A stretch of 61,437 nt of DNA from the NCBI GenBank assembly GCA_030592575.1, contig JAUVIV010000001.1:1-61437 (forward strand), read 5' to 3'. Positions 37,634 through 47,270 of this stretch are shown piece after piece; position 1 is the stretch's first letter, and each line of letters begins with the position of its first letter. The notes beneath the pieces were generated by a model. The model ran no database searches. It was not told the DNA's origin and saw nothing but the letters and a program-made list of their open reading frames with translations. The stretch is from a bacterium. GTDB lineage: Bacteria > Hydrothermota > UBA3073 > JACQXS01. The position numbers and the translations under genes were made by a program.

Positions 37634-39004
37634 TCAGAAATTCACTTCTGTCTTGAAGTAAAGTTGGTCTTGCTCTTTCCATTCGCCAAAGAGAGTTCCC
37701 AACTTTCCATCTAAAAGAAATGCTCCAACCAAGAGTTTTACATTATCAGTTGGAACATAAGATAACTCAGGGATAATTACAGTGCCGTAGTTTTTCTCTA
37801 TATCCTCAATATCTTTTATCTCTAAACCACCAGATACAGCAATCTTAATCTCATCATTTTTGAATTTCTGTTCAATTCCTGCCATAACATAGTCCTCAAG
37901 ATTATCTTTTCCTCGTTCAGCAAAGAAGCCATGCATCCATTGAGCATTGATATAGACTCCGGTCTTAAGGGTATAATCTCCACCAAGAGTGAATTTCATA
38001 TAAGGTTCGTCAGAGAGAATGGTTGTATCTTGAATTATGGGATTCAAAGGATCTGCAGGATTTGGCATTTTTATTTCCATCTTTACTTCTTCAGGCAAGA
38101 ACATTGCTACTTCTCCCCAGAGACCTATAGAACAAAGCTCTCCAGCACAATCAAAGCCAATGGCTCGAAATTTTGGAAATCCCAAATAGGTATCAAGTTT
38201 CACATTTCCCAAAGTATCAACAGGAGTTACAGCAAGCTTATTTGCAATAGGTACATCGTCATAACCCCAAAAGTATGATAGCGAAAAGTCGTATTCTTCA
38301 ATCTTTCCAGACAACTTTGTAGCATACATAGAGTTTTCAGGCTTTCTGTCAGGGAAAGTAAGATGTTCTACTGACTCTGCAAGATTTGTCCCTGTGGGTA
38401 AAGGAAGAGCATCCGTACTACCTAATAAAGGAAATTCACCTCTGGGCAACAAAATAGGCTTGAGAGATGGAAGCCATATAGCACTTAAGTTGTATTCATC
38501 ACTTAAATTATAAATAGCATTTACAGCCTCCGTAGGTATTTTCTCTCCAAAATTCAGAGGGTCAGAAAAATCATCAGGATTTAGATTGTCTGTCGGATTG
38601 AGTTTATCTGCTGTTCCCCAAGCTATTCGCTGTTTACCAATCCGTAGGTCTAATTCATCAACAATAAAACCGTAAAGATCGGCATAGGCTTCCCACAGAG
38701 AAAGTTCATAAGGATTGTTAAATGAAATCTCAGCCAAATCTGCCGAACTACTTGCAAGATTTTGGTCCCATAACCTGAATTTCATACCGGCATAGAGAAA
38801 TAGATTTTTGGATGGACTTGATTGTAGTTTTAAGTTAAGTTCGTGATATGGATAATCTGCGATTCTTACACTATCTGCTACGAGAAAACGCTTGTCCAGT
38901 TTGAGATTACCTGAAATATCTATCTCCCCCATACAAATTTTGGGACTACTTATAATACTCATTCCTAATAATATAAGAATGATACGAAAAGAAATTTTTG
39001 TCAT
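37634..39004 (-). CDS. large outer-membrane beta-barrel protein (DUF1302-like context)
   Basis: Signal peptide. Alternating strand pattern. C-terminal YFKTEVNF beta-signal. Confidence 0.55.
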   Translation of the reverse strand: MTKISFRIILILLGMSIISSPKICMGEIDISGNLKLDKRFLVADSVRIADYPYHELNLKLQSSPSKNLFLYAGMKFRLWDQNLASSSADLAEISFNNPYELSLWEAYADLYGFIVDELDLRIGKQRIAWGTADKLNPTDNLNPDDFSDPLNFGEKIPTEAVNAIYNLSDEYNLSAIWLPSLKPILLPRGEFPLLGSTDALPLPTGTNLAESVEHLTFPDRKPENSMYATKLSGKIEEYDFSLSYFWGYDDVPIANKLAVTPVDTLGNVKLDTYLGFPKFRAIGFDCAGELCSIGLWGEVAMFLPEEVKMEIKMPNPADPLNPIIQDTTILSDEPYMKFTLGGDYTLKTGVYINAQWMHGFFAERGKDNLEDYVMAGIEQKFKNDEIKIAVSGGLEIKDIEDIEKNYGTVIIPELSYVPTDNVKLLVGAFLLDGKLGTLFGEWKEQDQLYFKTEVNF

Positions 39005-39041
39005 TATATACCTCCATTTTTGACGCTCTACGCCTCACGCT

Positions 39042-39416
39042 TTATGTGTGTAGCGTTGTGTGTTTATCATTCAATGTGTTTCTAAATGCACGGATTTTTG
39101 CCTCTAACTTATCACACAATTCATAAATGTCTCTGACATCTTCAGCGGTAATAAATTGTAGTCGTTCGCATATCTTCAAGCAACTAAGAACCTCGATAAG
39201 TGATTTCAGGGAAATGCCCAGATACCTCCGGAATTCAGCATCGGTATTAGCTTCCCTTCCTTCCGCAATATTCAGTGACATGGAAGTAACTGCTCTCTTT
39301 ACTTGATTGGACAATTCATACTTCTCTTTAACAAGCAATAGTTTTGTCAGGCTACATACCTTCTCTATTAGTTCAAGCAAAAGATGCCAAATCTCTAAAA
39401 TTTCAAAACTATACAT
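39042..39416 (-). CDS. four-helix-bundle protein (23S rRNA intervening-sequence / Avd-like family)
   Basis: 124 aa. SNQVKRAVTSMSLNIAEG motif. Confidence 0.8.
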   Translation of the reverse strand: MYSFEILEIWHLLLELIEKVCSLTKLLLVKEKYELSNQVKRAVTSMSLNIAEGREANTDAEFRRYLGISLKSLIEVLSCLKICERLQFITAEDVRDIYELCDKLEAKIRAFRNTLNDKHTTLHT

Positions 39417-39455
39417 TTTTATCTTCTTGCTTTAAGCATATGGTATTAAGCGTCT

Positions 39456-40199
39456 TTATTTCGCTCTCTTGAGCATTCGTTTAGTGAACATACTTGCTTC
39501 AAGCCCTGTGTCGTGCGTAACAATTCCAAGTTCCATAACAGTACTATGCTGTATTTTTAGGTTTTTCATTGTTACCTTTTTAGGAGTCCAGTAACCATCT
39601 ATTTTTTCTGTATCCTCATTTTCCATAACCTTGAGAACGGTTCCTTTCTTGCTATAGTATTCTACCTTACTTGGAATATAATGTGTTTTATTCACTCGCA
39701 TAATAAGTTTAGCGTAATCTATATCTGATTTCGGTGTAGGAGTGAGCTTCAATACATACTCTTTTTCTGTTTCCTTTTCTATTTTAGCGGTAAAGTCCTT
39801 AGTATATTGGCATTTACCAATATCGTTGTAAGAGAAATCTGTCCCCATAAAGCTCTCGTTCTTCACATGAGAAGCAATACGTCTTATCTTTTTGAATGCA
39901 GGCATATAAAGATACATCTCATTATCGGAGAAAACTAAAAACCCAACTCCTTTTACATCGGCGGGAGAAAGAAATCTTATAAGTCGTTTTTCTTTTCCCA
40001 ATTGCCACATCTTTATCTTGCGAACCTTAGAATCCCCATCCTTATCTATTAGCGTAAGGTTTATATTTGCTATTCTATCGTTTGGAGCATTCATGGCATC
40101 TTCTACTTTCTTCAAAATTTTGTCACCTGTCTCTGCCAAAAGAATAAGTGGCAGAAAAAGAGCAACACCTATTTCCAAAAGCTTTTTCATACGGTACAC
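39456..40199 (-). CDS. LolA-like outer-membrane lipoprotein-sorting protein
   Basis: Signal peptide. LIRFLSPADVKGVGFL...ESFMGTDFSYNDI motifs. Confidence 0.75.
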   Translation of the reverse strand: MYRMKKLLEIGVALFLPLILLAETGDKILKKVEDAMNAPNDRIANINLTLIDKDGDSKVRKIKMWQLGKEKRLIRFLSPADVKGVGFLVFSDNEMYLYMPAFKKIRRIASHVKNESFMGTDFSYNDIGKCQYTKDFTAKIEKETEKEYVLKLTPTPKSDIDYAKLIMRVNKTHYIPSKVEYYSKKGTVLKVMENEDTEKIDGYWTPKKVTMKNLKIQHSTVMELGIVTHDTGLEASMFTKRMLKRAK

Positions 40200-40230
40200 C
40201 TCCTTTTTTTATATTTTATGCTTGACGCAT

Positions 40231-43107
40231 TCAGCGTCTGGTCTTCATAAATCTAGCCTTAGTAACAAGAATTAGTGCTGGCAAAAATGTAATAGCTCCT
40301 AAGGCACTAGTTATCATCGTAAATGCTATTAGATAACCGAATCGCTGCATAGGAACTATGTTTCCCAAAACTAAAACCAGAAATCCCATCATTACAGAAA
40401 TAGCATTGATGAGAATTGCCTTCCCTGTCGTCTCCAGTGTTTTATCCAAAGCCTCCAATTCAGACTTGTTTTTCCCCATCTCATGCTTAAATCTATTGAT
40501 AAAATGAATGGTATAATCAATACCAATCCCAACAGCTACGCTGCCTATCATAACAGTAACGATATCTAATGGAATATTTAGAACTGTCATCAGAATGAAA
40601 TTGATGAGAATAGTGAGAATAATAGGTGATATTGAGATTAACCCACCAATCAAGGATTTCAGTTGAAAAGACAGAAGAAGAAAGACCAAAAAGATAGCAA
40701 TAGAGAGGCTCAATGCCTGACTCCTCATTATTTTTTTATCTATATCCATATAGATTATAGGCATTCCTGTTTGTTGGGCAGCCAAATTCACTCTATTTTT
40801 GGAATTGAAAGCGTCAGCATATTTTGAATTCTCCACAGCAAGCCAGTCTTCATTTATTTCCCAACAATTATCCCGTAAATCTTCCAAGAAGTCCCTATCA
40901 TCCCTTAAATTTTCAGGAAGAAATGGCTTTAACTCTTGCACAAGATTATTAATCTTTGTCCATCTTTTAAAATCAGCTATGATTTCCGTAATTGATTCGG
41001 CAGAATATTCCAGAACTTCAGTATCCCCGATATAATTTTTTTTAGGAATGTTTCTCTTCAGAACACTAATAATCTTTTTTTCACCAATCTCTCCTGTTTT
41101 TAACCCTACAAGAACACCATCAACAACTTTAGTAATAATTCTTTCTGATTCTATTTGGATATCTGCTTCATCGCTTTTGAAATAGTCAATAATTCTTTGT
41201 TTTAATCTTTTTGTTGATGCTTCACCAAATGCTTCCTGTCCATTTTGCATTCCTGCAATGATACCCTTTATCAGAGTAGTGTCAGAAACTTGAAATTGGG
41301 GGTTTCTCATCTTAATATCCCACTTTATTTTTGATAGAATTTCATTTGCCCGTTCCATTCTCAATGTTTTAGCCATATCGGGAGAAGCAAGAGAGATTTT
41401 AACTTCAAGCAAATCCGTTTTAAATTCATTTTTCAAATAATCCTCAATTGCATCCACTAAAGTCCTGACTTCTCCCGTGCTTACTGTTCCCAATTTTGCT
41501 TGAATCAACCCCTCATTCGCTTGATTATTTATCAACTGATTTAATACTTCATTTCCTTCTATGAACAACCAGAGATTAGCTACTCCTTCTCTTGTTTCAG
41601 GAATGGTATAATGACCATTCATTACCCCATTTATTTCGCAAATTAAGTCGGCAATAGATTGTGGGTCATTTACATTGGCTTGAATTTCTAAATATTTTTC
41701 AAATTTGAGCATCTCTTTCAAAACAAAAGGGTTCTTCAAATCTCCTTTAACCAAAATCTGAATCGGAATAGAGCCACCAAGCTTCTCTTCCATCATCTCC
41801 TCAGTCTGTCTAATTTCACTGTCCTTTTCAAAATAGCCAATCATATTGACTTCTCGCTGTAATCTGGGAATAGCAAAGAAAGAGATTACAATAATAGTAA
41901 TCCCCATTCCTATGATAAGTTTTTCGTGTTGAAGAATAAACGCTCCCAATCTGTCCATTAGTCTTGTTAAAAGGTCATTTTCAATTCCTTTATGATTTAG
42001 TTTAACTTTTCCAACTCTCAACAGAGAGAGCATTGCAGGCAAGAAAGTTACAGAGATAAGCATAGCAAACATTACTCCGATAGCAGTGAAAATACCAAGC
42101 TCTCGAATCAAGCTCAATTCGGAAGATAAAAAGGCTAAAAATCCAATTAAAGTGGTAATGCCAGCTAAAAAGATAGGAATCCCTACCTCACTTAAAGCAT
42201 CTTTTATCCCTTGGATCTTATTGTCTCCTAATCTAACATCCTCGTTATATTTAGAAAGCATATGAATTCCATAAGCGCTACCAATGGCAACAAGCAAAAC
42301 CGGTATTACATCAGCGGCAATAGTTAAAGGAATTTTCATTAAACTCATTATTCCCATAGCCCATACTGTACTCATAAGAACAGTAGCCAATGGTAAAAAG
42401 ATTCCTCTAAAACTTCTAAAGCTGAAAAAGAGAGTAATCATTACCAATAGAATGACTAAAGGAATAAGTTTACTCAAATCTTTAATAATAACGTCTGCCA
42501 GGAAAATCATCTGGAATGGCATTCCACCATAATATATCTTCTCCTTGCCCTGAGTCTCTTTAACAAGTTCTTTCATTTGTTTCCCAGCTTCTACCTTATC
42601 AATATCTTCTACAAGACGTGCAATAATAACCGTTATTTTACCGTCTTCGGAAACCATATTACCTCTATACATATCTTTAGAAAGAGTATATTCTTCCAAC
42701 TTTTTTAGCTCATCCGGATTTTCGGGAATATTATGTCTATCAATCAGTTTGCCAACTTCTAGACCCCATTCTGTCTTTTTAATATCCAGAATATCCGTTA
42801 TGCTCATTACATAAGAAACTCCGTCCATCTGTTTAAGCTTCTCAGTGATTTCGTCAACTCTATTCAGCGTTTCATAGTTAAACACATTATCGGTTTCCAA
42901 AGCCACCATAGCTAATGAGCTACCACCAAATTTATCTCCAATTTCATTGAATAGTACTACCAGAGGATCGTCCTGGGGTAAATAGGTGAGAATGTCACTA
43001 TTTATCTTTAGATTCTTCAATTGATAGCCAAAGAACCCGGTTAAAGCAACTACCGAAACAATAATAATTACCCGATATTTTATGACCAGATTAGCAAATC
43101 TTCTCAT
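40231..43107 (-). CDS. MMPL/RND-superfamily exporter (COG1033-type, 2 x 6 TM)
   Basis: 958 aa. Two TM bundles (..AIGSAYGIHMLSKY.. and ..GIGIDYTIHFINRF..) separated by large soluble loops. Confidence 0.88.
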   Translation of the reverse strand: MRRFANLVIKYRVIIIVSVVALTGFFGYQLKNLKINSDILTYLPQDDPLVVLFNEIGDKFGGSSLAMVALETDNVFNYETLNRVDEITEKLKQMDGVSYVMSITDILDIKKTEWGLEVGKLIDRHNIPENPDELKKLEEYTLSKDMYRGNMVSEDGKITVIIARLVEDIDKVEAGKQMKELVKETQGKEKIYYGGMPFQMIFLADVIIKDLSKLIPLVILLVMITLFFSFRSFRGIFLPLATVLMSTVWAMGIMSLMKIPLTIAADVIPVLLVAIGSAYGIHMLSKYNEDVRLGDNKIQGIKDALSEVGIPIFLAGITTLIGFLAFLSSELSLIRELGIFTAIGVMFAMLISVTFLPAMLSLLRVGKVKLNHKGIENDLLTRLMDRLGAFILQHEKLIIGMGITIIVISFFAIPRLQREVNMIGYFEKDSEIRQTEEMMEEKLGGSIPIQILVKGDLKNPFVLKEMLKFEKYLEIQANVNDPQSIADLICEINGVMNGHYTIPETREGVANLWLFIEGNEVLNQLINNQANEGLIQAKLGTVSTGEVRTLVDAIEDYLKNEFKTDLLEVKISLASPDMAKTLRMERANEILSKIKWDIKMRNPQFQVSDTTLIKGIIAGMQNGQEAFGEASTKRLKQRIIDYFKSDEADIQIESERIITKVVDGVLVGLKTGEIGEKKIISVLKRNIPKKNYIGDTEVLEYSAESITEIIADFKRWTKINNLVQELKPFLPENLRDDRDFLEDLRDNCWEINEDWLAVENSKYADAFNSKNRVNLAAQQTGMPIIYMDIDKKIMRSQALSLSIAIFLVFLLLSFQLKSLIGGLISISPIILTILINFILMTVLNIPLDIVTVMIGSVAVGIGIDYTIHFINRFKHEMGKNKSELEALDKTLETTGKAILINAISVMMGFLVLVLGNIVPMQRFGYLIAFTMITSALGAITFLPALILVTKARFMKTRR

Positions 43108-43140
43108 CTTTTACTCCTTTCCTAATTGTTTGTTTTGAGA

Positions 43141-43395
43141 TTATTCATTTGACGGTAACTTTGTACGAAGATATTCCACCACATCTCCCATTGTCTTAAG
43201 TTTTTCTTCATCATCAATAAGGATAATGGCGTTGACACCAAACTCTTCTCCAATATCCATAATGAACTCAACCATATCCAATGAATCTACTCCTAAATCG
43301 TCAACAAAAGATGCTTCTGGCGTAACCTGTTTTTCAAGAACTTTTATGTATTTGACAATAATCCTCTCTACTCTCTCGTATAATGTTAATTTCAT
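43141..43395 (-). CDS. acyl carrier protein
   Basis: DLGVDSLDMVEF phosphopantetheine motif. ATG 4 nt after the upstream ACP stop. Confidence 0.85.
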   Translation of the reverse strand: MKLTLYERVERIIVKYIKVLEKQVTPEASFVDDLGVDSLDMVEFIMDIGEEFGVNAIILIDDEEKLKTMGDVVEYLRTKLPSNE

Positions 43396-43399
43396 TGCT

Positions 43400-43642
43400 T
43401 TATTTGATGTTAAATGTTTCATTTTCTATATATTTCACAGCATCCTCTACGGTTTTAAGTTTTTCGACAGCCGAGTCTGGAATCTGGATATTAAACTCTA
43501 TTTCAAGTGCCTGAAGCAATGCAACATAATCAAGACTGTCCGCTCCCAAATTGTTTGCAAAAGAAGTTTCTGGCAAAACTTCTGCCTCTTTCACGCAAAG
43601 TGTTTCCGCAATAACCTTTTTTGCTCTTTCAAATACTGCCAT
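43400..43642 (-). CDS. acyl carrier protein
   Basis: NLGADSLDYVALLQALE motif. 80 aa. Confidence 0.88.
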   Translation of the reverse strand: MAVFERAKKVIAETLCVKEAEVLPETSFANNLGADSLDYVALLQALEIEFNIQIPDSAVEKLKTVEDAVKYIENETFNIK

Positions 43643-44270
43643 AATTTACCTCCTGTGATGTATCTGGATTCAATAACATTTTTATCTCACTCATTATTTG
43701 CGTGGTTACAACTTTCAATATTTTTTTATTGTAAGGTTTATCATAGTGTTTATCAAAATAAATCGGTTTACCAAATTTGACAATTACCTTGCGGGGACGG
43801 GGAAATTTTTGTCCCTTTGACATAACATTGAAAGTACCTACTATTGCAACCGGAACAACAGGTGCTTTTGTTTGCAAAGCAATAAATGCTGTTCCTAATT
43901 TTGGCTCCTGCAAAGAACCGTCTTTGCTTACCGTTCCTTCTGGATACATATCAATTATATGTCCTTCTTTAAGAATACTAACAGCAACTCGGATAGCTTC
44001 TCTATCACTTTCTCCTCTTTTTACAGGAAAAGCATTCAATTTTCTAAAAATAAATTCTGCGAAACGTTTTCTAAACAGTTCTTCTTTACCCATTGTATGA
44101 AGTTGTCTTTTAATTGCAATTCCCAGAACAAATGAATCTAAATCACTGGGATGATTTGGCGCCAGTATCACACCACCCTGTTCGGGAATATTTTCATCGC
44201 AAACGGCTTCTAATCTAATATAAACCATTGCTATAACTCTTATGATTAAATGTGCAATTGAATAAAACAT
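43629..44270 (-). CDS. LPLAT/PlsC-family acyltransferase
   Basis: HX4D motif NHPSDLDSF. YPEGT motif. 14-nt overlap with the ACP start. Confidence 0.82.
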   Translation of the reverse strand: MFYSIAHLIIRVIAMVYIRLEAVCDENIPEQGGVILAPNHPSDLDSFVLGIAIKRQLHTMGKEELFRKRFAEFIFRKLNAFPVKRGESDREAIRVAVSILKEGHIIDMYPEGTVSKDGSLQEPKLGTAFIALQTKAPVVPVAIVGTFNVMSKGQKFPRPRKVIVKFGKPIYFDKHYDKPYNKKILKVVTTQIMSEIKMLLNPDTSQEVNYGSI

Positions 44271-44311
44271 TTTCGCTTTTAGTCAAAGATATTTGATTTT
44301 ATAGGTAAGGA

Positions 44312-45745
44312 CTATTTACTGTTGCTTTGTAAATACTCTTTTTCCCAGATGTCTTTTGTTAATTCTCCTATTTTATCTCCGTATGCCGTAAGTTTTTTGC
44401 GATATTCCTCATCATTCAAAGCGTCTTGGACATTCTCATCTATAGAGTAAGGCTTGTGACATTTTAAAAGCTTATGATACATTCCATAGTGGTCCCGGAT
44501 AGGACAGGTTCTTAAAAGATTTCCCTTCTTATCTTTTGGTTGCTTATAAGCGTATTCATCCTGCCATTTTCGTATTGCCTTGAAGAACTCAGAATTCAAA
44601 ACAGTATTCAGATTACCACCATTCTTATAGACCTCATTAATATTGTGAACAGTATAAGGTTGAAAAACACAAGGAGTGCAATCTCCATTCCAATTTATGT
44701 AAAAATATCCCTCTGTTCTGCCTGCTGCTATGCACCCCTCTGAGGCAGTCCCATCATTCCAGAAGTCTGCAATGAAAATCTTTCGTTTTCTCACTATTTC
44801 CCTGTTCTTCTTCCACATAAAAAGTCGTTGCTCCGGCGTAGGCATAAGGTCAATCGTATAACTTCTACCTATTGGCATATAATGGAATATCCAACCGTAA
44901 GATGCCTTTGGTTCTTTTTCAAAATAGAAATCATAAAACTCATCACTTGTTATTATATCTACATTCTGTGAGGTTGCAGTTATAGATAACCCAAAGGGAA
45001 CTCCTGCATCTTTCAAGTTTTGCATTGCTTTCCTTATACGTTTATAACTCCCTTCCCCTCTTCGTGCATCAGTTTCTTTTTCAAATCCTTCAACAGAAAT
45101 AGCAGGAGTAATATTACCTAATTCTGCAAGTCTTTTTGCAACCTTTTCATCAATAAGAGTTCCATTTGTGTACATCAGAAAAAATGTATCCTTATGTTTT
45201 TTCACTATATCAAAGATTCCTTTATAAAGAAGTGGCTCTCCACCTGATATGACCGTAAAATAAGAACCCCATAATTCCCTTGTCTCTCGTATAATTCGGT
45301 CAAACACATCAAAAGTAAGTTTATCAGCATTTTGCACTCCAGCATTAGCATAACAACCCTTACATCTCAGATTACAAGCATTGCTTGGACTTATAGTAAG
45401 GAAGTGTGGAGGTTTAAATCCAAACTTACTATTAAACTTCTCCTTCACTTCAGCGTCCCCATCAGCAAGCATTTTGTCTACTCCAATATCCAGAATAACA
45501 TCTTTCCATCGCGAAGAAATATTACTTGATAGTGCCCTTTCAGCGGTATGAAGCAAAGCTTTTCCCATGTAGAACATATCTTGTACCTGTTCAAAAGGAC
45601 AAGAATCCCCTTTATCTAGGAGAATTGCTTTATATATTTCACTATCAGCTTTTTTAAGTGCAATTTTTCTAATTGCACTGCTCCGAATGGCAGTACGCGC
45701 AAGTCCCTTAACTGATTTTACCCATGAATCCTTCGCTTTGCTCAT
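44312..45745 (-). CDS. radical SAM enzyme, SPASM/Twitch type, paralog B
   Basis: CNLRCKGCYA cluster motif about 120 aa from the N-terminus. GGEPLLY. C-x15-G-x4-C (GCIAAGRTEGYFYINWNGDCTPC). One distal Cys. Confidence 0.85.
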   Translation of the reverse strand: MSKAKDSWVKSVKGLARTAIRSSAIRKIALKKADSEIYKAILLDKGDSCPFEQVQDMFYMGKALLHTAERALSSNISSRWKDVILDIGVDKMLADGDAEVKEKFNSKFGFKPPHFLTISPSNACNLRCKGCYANAGVQNADKLTFDVFDRIIRETRELWGSYFTVISGGEPLLYKGIFDIVKKHKDTFFLMYTNGTLIDEKVAKRLAELGNITPAISVEGFEKETDARRGEGSYKRIRKAMQNLKDAGVPFGLSITATSQNVDIITSDEFYDFYFEKEPKASYGWIFHYMPIGRSYTIDLMPTPEQRLFMWKKNREIVRKRKIFIADFWNDGTASEGCIAAGRTEGYFYINWNGDCTPCVFQPYTVHNINEVYKNGGNLNTVLNSEFFKAIRKWQDEYAYKQPKDKKGNLLRTCPIRDHYGMYHKLLKCHKPYSIDENVQDALNDEEYRKKLTAYGDKIGELTKDIWEKEYLQSNSK

Positions 45746-47208
45746 AGCAATCTTCTTCTTTTTCTATTAAGAGGATTTGATATACTTGTTTGCAAATATT
45801 CTTTTTCCCAGATGTCTTTTGTTAATTCTCCTATCTTATCTCCGTATGCCGTAAGTTTTTTGCGATATTCCTCATCTTTTAAAGCATCCCGAGCATCTTT
45901 ATCTATAGGATAAGGTTTGTAACGTTCTAAAAGCTCACGATATAGTCCGTAATGATCCCTGATAGCACAAGGTCTCAAGAGATTTTCTTTTTTATCTTTC
46001 GCTTGTCCATAACCATATTCATTTTGCCATTTTCGTATGGACTTGAAGAAATCAGAATTCAAGACAGTATTCAGATTACCACCATTCTTATAGACTTCAT
46101 TAATATTATGGATGGCATAAGGTTGAAAAACACAAGGAGTGCAATCTCCGTTCCAATTGATATAAAAATATCCTCCTTGCCTACCCGCCGAAATACAACC
46201 GTCCGATACAGTCCCATCATTCCAGAAGTCTACGATTAATATCTTTCGCTTTCTTACTATTTCTCTGTTCTTCTTCCACATAAAAAGTCTTTGCTCCGGC
46301 GTAGGCATAAGCTCAATGGTATAACTCCTACCTATTGGCATATAATGGAATATCCAACCGTAAGATGCCTTTGGTTCTTTTTCAAAATAGAAATCATAAA
46401 ACTCATCACTTGTTACTATATCTACATTCTGTCTCGTTGCTGTTATAGATAATCCAAAAGGAACTCCTGCATCTTTCAAGTTTTGCATTGCTTTCCTTAT
46501 ACGCTTATAAACTCCCTTTCCTCTTCGTGCATCTGTTTCCTTTTCAAACCCTTCAACAGAAATAGCCGGAGTAATATTACCCACTTCCGCAAGTCTCTTC
46601 GCAACTTTCTTATCAATGAGAGTTCCATTTGTATATACCAAGAAAAATCTATCTTTGTATTTTTCCGCTATATCAAAAAGTTTTTTATAGAGGAACGGCT
46701 CTCCACCTGATATGACCGTAAAATAAGAACCCCATAGTTCCCTTGTCTCTCGTATAATTCTGTCAAATACCTCAAAAGTAAGTTTATTAGCACTTTGGAC
46801 TCCAGCATTAGCGTAACAACCTTTACATCTCAAATTACAAGCATTGCCTGGGCTTATAGTAAGAAAGAGAGGAGGGTTAAACCCAAACTCACTATTAAAT
46901 TTCTTTTTCGCCGCCGTATCTTTAGCAGTAACCATTTTCTTTGTCACATTATTAACAAGAATATTCGTGCATTGCGGAGAGATACCACTTAATATTGCTT
47001 TGTCTGCCGAGTGAAGTAAAGCACTTCCCATATAAAATTTGTCTTCTCGCTCCCTAAAAGGATGAATATCCGAGTCTTTCGAAATAAGTTCTTTATATAC
47101 TTCACTCTCAATCTTTTTGAGCGCAAGCTTTCTAATCGTACTACTTTGAACCGCAGTACGCACAACTCCCTTCATTGATTTTACACCCAGGTTCTTCACA
47201 TTGCCCAT
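45742..47208 (-). CDS. radical SAM enzyme, SPASM/Twitch type, paralog A
   Basis: Same motifs as paralog B. AGGGAGGG SD. 4-nt ATGA overlap with paralog B. Confidence 0.85.
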   Translation of the reverse strand: MGNVKNLGVKSMKGVVRTAVQSSTIRKLALKKIESEVYKELISKDSDIHPFREREDKFYMGSALLHSADKAILSGISPQCTNILVNNVTKKMVTAKDTAAKKKFNSEFGFNPPLFLTISPGNACNLRCKGCYANAGVQSANKLTFEVFDRIIRETRELWGSYFTVISGGEPFLYKKLFDIAEKYKDRFFLVYTNGTLIDKKVAKRLAEVGNITPAISVEGFEKETDARRGKGVYKRIRKAMQNLKDAGVPFGLSITATRQNVDIVTSDEFYDFYFEKEPKASYGWIFHYMPIGRSYTIELMPTPEQRLFMWKKNREIVRKRKILIVDFWNDGTVSDGCISAGRQGGYFYINWNGDCTPCVFQPYAIHNINEVYKNGGNLNTVLNSDFFKSIRKWQNEYGYGQAKDKKENLLRPCAIRDHYGLYRELLERYKPYPIDKDARDALKDEEYRKKLTAYGDKIGELTKDIWEKEYLQTSISNPLNRKRRRLL

Positions 47209-47229
47209 AATGCCCTCCCTTGCAAATCA

Positions 47230-47256
47230 TTAGACCAAAATGGTTTTTTAGTCTAA
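47230..47256. promoter_or_regulatory. candidate TetR operator TAGACT-N13-GGTCTA between tetR and the radical SAM genes
   Basis: Inverted repeat TTAGAC..GTCTAA read directly. Same architecture as 47868-47892. Confidence 0.5.
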
Positions 47257-47270
47257 TTTTGACAAAAAAA

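Noticed and set aside
39042-39416. Diversity-generating retroelement, suggested by the Avd-like four-helix bundle
   Set aside because: No reverse transcriptase gene and no template/variable repeat pair are detectable in the window.
43226-43780. 184-aa + strand ORF
   Set aside because: It is antisense to two ACP genes and the acyltransferase, all of which have clear motifs. It has no motifs of its own.
44312-47208. Direct assignment of the radical SAM pair as Tes/GDGT-MAS orthologs (tetraether or membrane-spanning lipid synthase)
   Set aside because: Only seven conserved Cys are present, enough for the SAM cluster plus one Twitch-type cluster. GDGT-MAS is reported to bind several additional metal centres. 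I keep the comparison as something to test, not as a call.
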